Source: Tubulanus polymorphus (taxonomy: Eukaryota; Animalia; Nemertea). From it: a stretch of DNA of 64,000 bases. The stretch spans positions 8,866,001 to 8,930,000 of the forward strand of contig NC_134028.1 of the NCBI RefSeq assembly GCF_964204645.1, given 5' to 3'. This document shows positions 1 to 10,800 of this stretch, in pieces. Numbering within the stretch: position 1 is the stretch's first letter; the number at the start of each line of letters is the position of its first letter. Under the pieces are notes generated by a model. That model saw only the letters and a list, made by a program, of their open reading frames with translations, had not been told where the DNA came from and did not search any database. The translations under genes were made by a program, and so were the position numbers.

Positions 1-299
1 CATTTAAATGGTATGGCGATGAAATGCTATAAATATTAAGCGTTTATTTAGACTGTAATCTTAATTTCAAAAGAACATTTCATTAAAATTGCACCCTCCG
101 GTGGCAGGGCCTTGGGCCAATTAATGCCTAAGTTCACACAATTCAAAAATATGGGATATAAGACTTTCAGAAAAACGGTACGAAAAAAGAGTCGATCCAA
201 TTCGAAATTATAGTGCAAAAGTATGGGGATACAGAGATTTGATGGAAATGGAACGAGTTCAAAATAGAGCATGTCGATACTAATTAGGATCGAGTGAAC

Positions 300-1275
300 C
301 CTCTTACCCCTTTGTCTTTTCTATATGCTGATATGGGTTGGCTTCCCTGCAAATTTAAGCCTTATTCGTGTCTAATTCGATTTTGGAACCGGGTGATAAT
401 GTGAATAACAACCGACTGGCAAAAAAGATTTTCTGTAAAGAGTTCCAAAACTTCAAAACCAACGATATCTTCTCGGGTTGGATTCCGTCTTTTGATAAAA
501 ATTTGTCGTGAGCAGTTTAAGAACTAATGTAAATTCAAACTATGTGAAAAAAGAAATCATTGGACTAGCAGCTAAAGAATTTAAGAAAGCGGTTGAATCA
601 AAACCAAATCTCCACAGTTACAAGAAATTCAAATTGACTATTGATACTGAACCATATATAATACAATGCCAATCGAGATATAAACGGTCATTGATAGCCC
701 AATTTAGAAGTGGAACATTGCCTTTACATATTTAAATAGGCCGTCGTCTAAACATTATTCTTGAAAACCGCATTTGTACCTTTTGTGATTTCAGTTTTAT
801 TGAAGATAAATATCATTTTGTTCAGATTTGCCCCAACTATACTGAATTTCGATCTATCTTACATACTACAGCAAAAAATAAATTGGAAGACTTTGAATTA
901 AAATCACCCTGATCCTTATTTATATGTAGGCCTATCATGAAAAACCTTCAAATTGAATTTTCACACTATATCTCATCAGACTGGACAAAAAGGAACTCGT
1001 CGTGTGCTTGAATAAAAAACATCGAAGAACTTTCCCCTTTTTCTCCTGTGCTATCTGCCTATCGTAGCCGATTCTTTTTTTCTTCTGTTACTCGTATGAA
1101 TCTGGCCATGATTTTGTTTGATCTATGTTATTTTCTCACTCTCTCACACATAACTTGTAGCTTTTATGTATAACTGTAAATACAATTGTGACTTGTAAGC
1201 CCATTTGGGCTGGGCAACAATTTATATCTTATATGTTAATCTAATTAATATGTGTATGTCACATAAATAAATAGA
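300..1275 (+). mobile_element. 5'-truncated, decayed non-LTR retrotransposon (CR1/L2-group) 3' end
   Basis: ORF 508-735 and its read-through give YKKFK..EPYI..RSLIAQFRSGTLPLHI*IGR..ENRICTFC..IEDKYHFVQICPNY, the typical post-RT C-terminal Cys/His region of CR1/L2-group ORF2. It has stops and ends in an (AAAT)n tail at ~1264-1273. Boundaries approximate. Confidence 0.8.
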
Positions 1276-1678
1276 TAAAAATAATTTATTTCGACTATCA
1301 AATAGGGCTAATTATATAATCACAGGAAGACATTCTACATCTTTGTCAATAATATTTCGCCAAATATCTTGTATGTGTACACATAGACCTGTGACGTTTT
1401 GCACATCGATTTACTGTTGTGATTTGTAAAAAGACGCTTGAATGGTTAACATTGTTTAGGTATCATTGTTTTTTTCGTGGTAACGAAACAATTTTTGAGG
1501 TGGTCAAACAGATTGAACCATGGAAATTACCCAAAGATTAAAACGAGGTCGACTGTAGCATCAGAAATAGTATAGTCAGACAGATGTCTCATTCAGAACA
1601 TGACGTTCAACCTATATGACAGAAGTCACACGACATTTTTCACGATTTCAGTAGTTCATGTGCAAGAGCATACAACGG

Positions 1679-1980
1679 AGGGTGACACCTGCGAAAAACA
1701 ATCGGCGTTATCGGCAGCCATCTCCGTAAAAACGTGGACCCTCTACCATACATAAAATAGCAATCAATAAAGTCGTTTTAAGTTCATATAAGTTCATATT
1801 ACGATCGGGATGAAAACGTCAGGGTGACACCTGCGAAAAAGAAAAACACATTTTAATCGGCGTTATCTACTATGAAATACAGATGCAGCCATCTCCGTAA
1901 AAACGTGTGTACCCTCTACCATATATAAAATAGCAATCAATAAAATTGAATAAGTTCATATTCCGATCGGGTGAAAACGT
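1679..1980. repeat. Imperfect tandem duplication, 2 copies of ~140-160 bp
   Basis: gggtgacacctgcgaaaaa..aatcggcgttatc..gcagccatctccgtaaaaacgtg..accctctaccata..taaaatagcaatcaataaa..taagttcatatt..cgatcggg..tgaaaacgt occurs at ~1679-1820 and ~1822-1980. Confidence 0.9.
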
Positions 1981-2006
1981 ATGTATTTCTGTTACAAGCT
2001 GATATC

Positions 2007-3863
2007 TATGGTGGCTGATAAGGGCCATGCGTAAAAAAAACACGAATATGCAAATGAGGGCGACATTACGACAAAACGACAAAACTAAAATAACGCGACA
2101 AAACAATAATTTTGGTTTTGTCGCCCGCGACATTTCATTATTTTGGTTTTGTCGCCCGCGACAATTCAATATTTTTGTTTCGTCGCCCGCGACAATACAT
2201 TATTTTGGTTTTGTCGCCCGCGACATTTCATTATTTTTGTTTAGTCGCCCGCGACAATTCGATATTTTTGTTTTGTCGCCCGCGACAATTCATTATTTTG
2301 GTTTTGTCGCCCGCGACATTTCATTATTTTTGTTTAGTCGCCCGCGACAATTCGATATTTTTGTTTTGTCGCCCGCGACAATTCATTATTTTGGTTTTGT
2401 CGCCCGCGACATTTCATTATTTTTGTTTTGTCGCCCGCGACAATTCAATATTTTTGTTTTGTCGCCCGCGACAATTCAATATTTTTGTTTTGTCACCCGC
2501 GACAATTCATTATTTTGGTTTTGTCGCCCGCAACAATTCAATATTTTTGTTTTGTCGCATGCCGCAAATCAATCGTGACAAAGTATTGATGAGAATGACC
2601 TATTTAGTACATCGAACATCTACCGAATACTATTATTGTGCCCCAGCATTTGGGGTCATTCTACTTGAACCCCAACATTCCATATGTCCACCAGATTCTG
2701 GTCATGATAAAGTCATTTTAATTTTTCTGCCAACCTTATTTCTTCTTTCATATTCATCTAACATTAAACATCATTAAGTATGCGTCCCCTTATTGAAATT
2801 AGGTTAACTATCTCAATATATCGATGTACCTAGGTAGACCTTATTTAAAATGAGGTGATTTTTATGTCGACTTTTTGCGAGATTGTCTCAATAAATTGCC
2901 ATACGTATCACGACATTTTAGCTAAAGTAGTGAAAATTATGTCGACGGTACGGTTATGTTGAGATACACACGTCGACATTGGTGAAAGGAATGATCCGTA
3001 TAACGATTTTACGACTTGATATTAACACGATATACCGACTTAGTTATGTCGATAAATCGCGATATATCACGTTTTTTCGACATAATTTCGTCGTGATAAA
3101 AGGTCGCGACGGTTTTGTACGGGTCCCATATAAGCTTCCGTACATCCTTAGAAAAAGAAGTAATATGTGATCTTTCATTAAGTAGGATCACTTGAATGAT
3201 AGCTTTAATATCACTTTATTAAGAAAAAAGAATCTGCCAAAATGACCTTAATAATCGACACAATATCAGATTAATCAACTTCAAAATAGGCGAATTATTA
3301 CGTTATTAACTGGCCTAATTATTCAAAAGCTAATAAAGTGGGTGGCAAAACCCAAAAAAAATGAATTGTCGCGGGCGACAAAACCAGAATATTGAATCGT
3401 CGCGGGCGACAAAACCAAAATAATGAATTGTCGCGGGCGACAAAACAAAAATATTGAATTGTCGCGGGCGACAAAACCAAAATAACGTATTGTCGCGGGC
3501 GACAAAACCAAAATAATGAATTGTCGCGTGCGACAAAACAAGAATATTGAATTGTCGCGGGCGACAAAACAAAAATATTGAATTGTCGCGGGCGACAAAA
3601 CAAAAATAATGGAATGTCGCGGGCGACAAAACCAAAATATTGAATTGTCGCGGGCGACAAAACCAAAATAATGAATTGTCGCGGGCGACAAAACAAAAAT
3701 ATTGAATTGTCGCGGGCGACAAAACAAAAATAATGAAATGTCGCGGGCGACAAAACCAAAATTATTGTTTTGTCGCGTTATTTTAGTTTTGTCGTTTTGT
3801 CGTAATGTCGCCCTCATTTGCATATTCGTGTTTTTTTTACGATGGCCCTTATCAGCCGCCATA
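2007..3863. mobile_element. Non-autonomous DNA transposon with foldback-like ~550-bp inverted arms; IS3EU-like termini and 6-bp TSD
   Basis: Starts TATGGTGGCTGATAAGGGCCAT at 2007 and ends ATGGCCCTTATCAGCCGCCATA at 3863. GATATC lies on both flanks (2001-2006, 3864-3869). The arms hold ~14 and ~13 tandem ~31-bp units with the palindromic core TTGTCGC-CC-GCGACAA. Confidence 0.88.
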
Positions 3864-4429
3864 GATATCATCACTAAGTTTAGTTTTTATCAAATAAGAC
3901 TCGATTGATGCCCTATCAGATTAAGTTCATGTTTCTTCAACTAGGTTGTACGTATCTCAGTTATGCTTGAAGTTATCATTTCCAAAATTCGTATCTAGAT
4001 CCATCTTTTCTACAAGCCTACAATCGGTTATGCTTTGTATATGAATTTTCTAGTTTTTTTTCGATAACGCAACCACGTTTATATTCAACAGCATTTCTGT
4101 TGGAATTTTACAATTCCGCCACCGAAATCCAAAATCATTTCATTGCTGTGCGATTTCATTGTCTCGTAATCTTACAGGAATAGACCCGATGAGCATTTGT
4201 CAATATTGTCAATCTTCCGAAACTACGGAGCACTGGAATGCCAAGTCTGCGGTACAGTCGAGGTTTTAGATAAATATATAGTGTTCATAATGCGAAAGCC
4301 AGTGCGTCCGACTTCTCTTTTTTGTAAGATACCGCAGCAGTCGACTTGAATGCGACGCTAGAAATCAACAATGAAAGTCGATTGATTCGATCGATTGGTA
4401 AAATCTATATACGCGCATGTTTATTTCAG

Positions 4430-5386
4430 GCACAGAATAATAGAAACCGTCCGCCAATCCGCGATTGGGATACTACCTATCATCAGAGACTCGCTCATAT
4501 AAAATCAGGATGTGAGAAACTTACCAATAAATCGACAGGTATATAAATACACATACGTCGGATGGGACATGTTTGTGGTCTGGGACTCTCTATCGTGTTA
4601 TGAGGTCTCGGGTGTTAAATTTCAAAACAAATCTCTCTTAATTTTCTAGGTCCATACATGTACACGTACTAGAGATTTACGGTCGATGACGTACACAAGA
4701 TTCTTTATTGCGAAATTCCCAAAGTGGGCACGTCGATATGGAGATACACGTTACTACACACGACCGGAAAACTTCGCACGACAAACCTATCCCTCATAAA
4801 TGACCTTGACGTGAAACAAAGTATCTACTTCAAATCATTGGGATTAATCAGGTCACTATCGAGTTATTCTCAAGATGAAAAAACCGAGCGCTTAAAAACC
4901 TACTTCAAATTTCTGTTCGTACGACATCCTTTTGAGAGACTGTTATCTGCGTATTTGGATAAAATTGTGCGTAAATACGATAAAGGATACGCAAAACTTG
5001 AGCCAATGATTATTCGGTCAGCCCGAAATGATGTCAAAGCTGGAGACAGAGCAACGTTTAAAGAATTCGCTGAGTTCATCCTTCTTCATAGTTATTATGA
5101 TATACATTGGGCACCATATGAAAAGCTTTGTCGTCCATGCGATATTGATTACAGTTTCATCGGGAAATACGGAGATACGATCGAAAATGATTTCAAACTT
5201 GTTCAAAATCGTTTCCACCTGGAACCGGAACTGGCAAAAACGGCCACACTCCCTCATACGTATTCCTCGGAAAAGTTGAACAAATATTACAAAGACCTTC
5301 CTAAAAAATTGATCGATGATTTGTATGAAGAATACAAAGCCGATTTCATATTGTTTGATTACGATTTAAATTTCTTGCAGAAATAG
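4430..5386 (+). CDS. Carbohydrate sulfotransferase (Sulfotransfer_2; CHST11/HNK-1ST-like), last two exons 4430-4538 and 4650-5386; possibly disabled
   Basis: Motifs: VDDVHKILYCEIPKVGTSIW (5'-PSB), KFLFVRHPFERLLSAYLDK (3'-PB), HWAPYEKLCRPCDIDYSFIGK, and LYEEYKADFILFDY at the C-terminus. AATAAA at ~5399. In-frame TAG at 4670-4672 after the best acceptor. N-terminal TM exon not located. Confidence 0.9.
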
Positions 5387-5863
5387 TAATTTATTTTGAA
5401 TAAAGTTATCGTGATCAGGAATGGGGTTCAATCTGCGTCATTTGATCAAAATCTCTGGCCGTAAGAGCACCCCCAGATCCCCCCCCCCCAAGTGCTTCGC
5501 AAAGTAACATACCTCCTCACTGGCAAAAGTGGCCGGACCAATGTGTTTCTCCTTCCGCCGGTCCTCATTCAGCATCGATACGGATGGGTACAGTTAGTGT
5601 CTATCACTATGGGAACCTCATCGGACTCATCTGTAGGCCACGTGAATTTTAAGCCCGTTTCGTTGTAGTATGCTGTCATTGAAAATGATGGTAGGTGAAA
5701 AATAAGTGGACAGAAAATAAATAGAATCTATGTCTTTACTGTTGCGTCTTCCAATGTGTGCTAATATCAGTTTTCTGAGATTCTAGCATTTTCCTGTTTT
5801 GTCATTCAGAGTTTATAGTTCCAGTTCTATGATATTCTATCAAATTCATTTCCAGGCCATTCG

Positions 5864-6184
5864 TATGGTGGCTGATAAGGGCCAAATACAATAATTTTCA
5901 AACGACCTCGATTATAGAAAAACACAAAACGAAACTTATAGCAAAAACGAATTTTACCGCGCAAAAACGAAATATTATAGAGCAAAAACGAAAATATTCG
6001 TTTTTGCTCTATAACTTTCGTTTTGCGTTTTTCTAGAATCGAGGTCATATGAAAATAAAATAATGAACATAAACGAAAGTTCGTTTTTGCTAGGGCGCAA
6101 AAACGAATAGTATGGAGCAAAAACGAAAAATCATAGAGCAAAAACGGATATTTTCATTTTGGTGGCCCCTTTTCAGCCACCATA
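5864..6184. mobile_element. MITE with the same TIR family as 2007-3863 (IS3EU-like)
   Basis: TATGGTGGCTGATAAGGG ... CCCTTTTCAGCCACCATA, with 6-bp TSD CATTCG (5858-5863, 6185-6190) and internal GCAAAAACG repeats. Confidence 0.9.
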
Positions 6185-7843
6185 CATTCGTCCCTAGGCA
6201 TTATAGTATTATTCAGCATACCCGTTGTTGTGTTCGTTAAACCATGATTGCAGTTTCGTTTCCGGCAAAACTTTTTGAGAGAATAGAGTCCGTACGTAGA
6301 ATATAAATCTATTCATCTAATATCACATTTTTCAGTTAATAACATTATCAATTATTGATCCTTAATAGTTAATCACTAAATTCAGTAAGACTCCGGGATT
6401 CTGACCCCATCCCCAACCAAGACATCAACCAGTTAGAAATCCTACCGAACTTCTAACTAGCACCATCCCCCAGCCCCACCCTGGAAATGAATATCCGGCT
6501 TAACTCCGGAAAGAAATCCTTCAGAAATTTCTGAAATTCTGTTCTGTGCAAATTTTGGACATAATTCCAGAAATTATAATCTGCAGACTTTTCTGTTGCC
6601 AAGGATTGTAGTCACACTAATGTCGAACTTAATCAATGTTAAAGTTTCGCTAGAAAATTTTCTCTTTTTTCTCAGACATTTTCAATAAGGAACTGAAATT
6701 CCCTAATCAAATTTATCATTTGTTTTCAAGCTTGTATTTACGGAAGCCGTTGTTGACATATGAGATCATTTATTCATAATTTCGACTATGTCACCTCCGT
6801 ATTCTATATTTATTATTCATGAAGTAATGAATAACTTTTCAATAAACTGCCAAAATCATTTTATCCTAAACGTTGTCTAAATGTTCGTGTTTGCGTGATG
6901 AAAACTTAACCCACATTATAAGTCTATAAAGCCTATTTCATGTAGTTCAGAAACATTGTTTAATGCATATTGTAGTTCTTGTCTGAATTCAGGTGTACTG
7001 TAGAGATGTTTGCTCGGTTTTTATGATTTCGTTTATCTCCGCATTTTATGTTTCAATTGTACTTTTAAACAGTTCATTTTCGTTCGGTCTTCATTCGAAC
7101 TTTTTGTCGTCTGTCATCTGTTCTTACAGCTACATGTAGAAGTCGCGGTCGGAAAGATTTCTTTACCGTGATGAATTCCTCCTCAAATCGATCGGACATT
7201 AAATCTACTCACGATTTACGAAGTGATATCACAACATAAAGAAATTTCAACAACGTTGTAAGCAATTACCAAATTGCAAATGGCGTCACAGCTGGATCGA
7301 TATTTGCTGATTCTTTGATTCTAATCCTGGAATTTAAGCGATATTTCATTGGATTCTGTTGTTTCATTGGACTATGTTGGACAAATGGGAATGGCAAGTA
7401 ACTTCAATTCATAAAGTAATCAATATTGTGTAGGAGCACATCCAAATGTGGGTCAATATATGCATTAAAAACAGACTCTTCTTCAGCTCTACTGCTTTTA
7501 ATCTTTTATAGAAATGAAAAAAAAGTTAAAACCAATCTTCATAGAAAAACCGTGTAGATTTTAGTCATGGTTAGTTTTATAGCAATAAGCCATACGGTGT
7601 AAATAAAGTCTCAGATAGGAATTAAATTCGCGAGCCGATTGATTTGCGTAGTCACGTGGAGGAAGATAAACTAGAGCGTCACGAGAGGTACGACGTTGCA
7701 TGATTTGTAGCTTTGATGTCACGCGATGTAGAATGACGACACGGAGGGTAATTAGTTAATCATCTGTGACATCTCACACAACGTATAGGCCCACGGCAGA
7801 ATAAATATGTCTTGTAATTAGTACGTATGAAATCTCGATCTCT

Positions 7844-10800
7844 TTACACGCCCGAGGTTTCTGTTTGGTTTCCCTCTGCAAATAAGAAAACCACGGATGA
7901 ATATCAGTGCACGCTTTAATTTTGATTTTCTAAATTATAGATACATTTGTAAGGCCACGTAAATAATTAGCTTGTTTCTCATCAGTTTCAGTTTCCACGC
8001 GCGTCAAAAAAAGTTGTTCGTTAGTGAAAATTAAAGATAGAAATGCGCGTTCCGCAAGCAGAAATCAGTTTTCGTTTCTTTTCTTTTTTTAGTAAAACAC
8101 TGTTCACACTGTTTTATATGTTTGTCTCACGGTCGCTGATCAACTGTAACAGGTGAGCCGTAACGAAGTGCTTTCCATTCTCTAATAAAAGGTCGTTGAC
8201 GCCGAAACTCCCCATTTATGAAATAAAGATAGTCGCCCTCGATACTTTTAGAATTTAGGAATATATAAGGCTTTACATTTTTTCCTTTTTGAAAGGGGGC
8301 TAAGAATTTTATTTGATTTGATTTATAACGAAAACCTGCCTCCCTCGTTACTTTTCCAAATAGGGCAGATGAGAAACAATGGTGATTTTTTGTGGGCTTT
8401 TAATTTCAAATTCTTACCATCACCGGAATTAAGTTTCTTCGTATCAGTTCCTTCCATATCATCCTGAAAAGAATAAGGGATATTAATACATACGTGAAGT
8501 TAATGAGTATGCATCCTCCCGCGGCAGCGAACCATGATGGCATCGACATTGAGCCACTTTTTACGAATCCCTGCCACACTAGACTTGATGTGCAGGTACA
8601 TGCGCAGGTTTACCACTCGGAAACTTGCGGCAACAACCGGATTTCACGTACATGATCGGTCTAGTGTGGCAGGGTTTCGTACCGTGACAATCTCGGTGCT
8701 ATCAGGTCCGAATCCCTGCCGGGGATGGATAACGAGTATGGAAAACTTATCATTTACGAAGAATGAAATATGTGACTTTTGAACCCATCTAAAGTTGATC
8801 TCCACTATATTGAGGATTAGATTAAGCGAGATGAAACCACTTTAAATGATTACCGGTGGTTTCCTGATCGGAGTCCGTTTCCCTCCACATTTATAGAACA
8901 GCAATTTTGCCCCGACGACGATATACGAAAAGACAACCATTACAGCAAGAACGATTATAATACCAGCAAAATGGTTGATAGTCAATGGTTCGATATCATC
9001 TTTATCTTCTTTGTTAAACAGTTGACATTTACCTCGCTGACTCAACCAACTGAAGAAAACATGATATAATTACATTAACATTAGTATCGAATCGTACAGA
9101 ATGATCCAATTCTGAGCGCAGTTCCACAATTGTGTTGGTTTTAATTTGACTCATGAACTCACTAATTCATAGCCTGGTCGACCTTCCCTTCACTCAATAA
9201 TGCTTGCATCGCGGCTTGGATGTCAGATTTTAATTCAAAACCTCGACGCATGGCGAACGCTAATGGTTGAATATCTACCAGGGAGGGAGAAACCACTAGA
9301 TCACATCGCTCTGCTCGACCTGAAACAGAAAATCGTATTGCTATAAAAATATAACATCAGAGTATCGCTCAAATTGTGCAGAGGTTTTTTCCGCTTTCAC
9401 GTTTACGTGCATGTGTGCGCCTAATAAAACGAAGAACCTGGAGACCACAAAGACCATTGACGGCCAAATGTGCTTAAAACGAAGATCGTTTTAGGCACAC
9501 CGATCATTGTGACGCTTTGCATGCTTGTACTTGATGAACATAATATTGACGCACTGTTTACCTGCTGCATATGCTAGACGGACCCAGTTACCAAGGAATA
9601 CTTTAGTGTCAGGATTGGTATAGTTTTCTACAGATTCTATTCCTTCAGTCGCTGTATTCACTGTCTTCCAATCTATAGATTCCCCGCTCTTCAGAAAATA
9701 CCGTTTTTGGTCGTGAAAATATAATTCGGTGGCGCCCCCTTTTATCAAGAAGATTTCGTTGCCTTCTTTTCTTTGCGTTGTTCTTAATTGTTTCAACGTA
9801 TTCATTCTTGGATAGTTCTGTTCTGTAAGGAAGTTCGCTAAGTTACCCGTGTAACAACCAATAACAATCAGCGCGAAGAAAAAGTAGAATGCGCTAAACA
9901 CGCGCATGTGTAATTGAACCGGTTCATATGGGGCGCCAGCTTGAATGATGGTACTGTACGAATACCAGAAACTCTGCTTTAAATCGAACCTTGTGTCCGG
10001 GTCGTTGTCCATTCCGCTAGGATTTAACCGATAGGCAGCGTAGTAAAACATTGCACTAACGATAAGCGCGATAGCGAGGGCGACCCAAACTTTTAAATCG
10101 AACGGTTTTGCGAATCCAAACATATTATAATGGGAATGTTTCTTGTAAATGAATGATATTCCGTCGAATATGTACCCATCAGTAAAATCAAAAACAGCTA
10201 AACGTTGGAGATTAGATGATATTCCACCGACCAGTAAACTGACATTAAACAGGGATTTTTGCTGCAAAAGAAAGACGAAATAATGTCACACATAAAACTG
10301 ACGGAGTTAGGAAAAACTTCAGATGTGTCCAAGTTGAAGATATAGTTACTGTGCACAGCTGAAAAAGTCATTTTTGTCACCGACCCTCCAATTTTCCCAG
10401 CCCTGCTCCCGATAAACACATCGCCCTGACACGCGATATTTAGATAGAAGATAGAAAAACAAATTTTTGGCTGTTCCTTTCTCATCTGGAGTAAAACAAT
10501 ACATGTAGAGTGGATATCAAAACGATAGTGTATTAAACACCAATTGGCAATAAAAATGTATGTGTTCAAAAAATTAAGCGAAATGTTGCCAAAAAATCGA
10601 TTGCAGACGAACTACATGTATCTAGAATTGAGCACGAGTCACACCAGGACCTAATCGAGTCGGGTTTACTACTTGTAAACCATAAGACCAAAATAAATTG
10701 ATACCTCGTTTCTCTTTCTGCAGAGCCGACCCGGCCTATCTGCACTGTACATTACGTGTTTCTTTTTTAAAATCATGATCAAGCAAACTATACCAGACCC

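Noticed and set aside
2110-3760. Regular ~31-bp palindromic repeats resembling a CRISPR array
   Set aside because: Units are directly tandem without unique spacers, lie within TIR/TSD-bounded transposon arms, and there are no cas genes in this eukaryotic context.
1870-3908. Long repetitive ORFs (183-221 aa) in several frames
   Set aside because: Artefacts of stop-free tandem repeats. The same peptides appear in all frames and on both arms.
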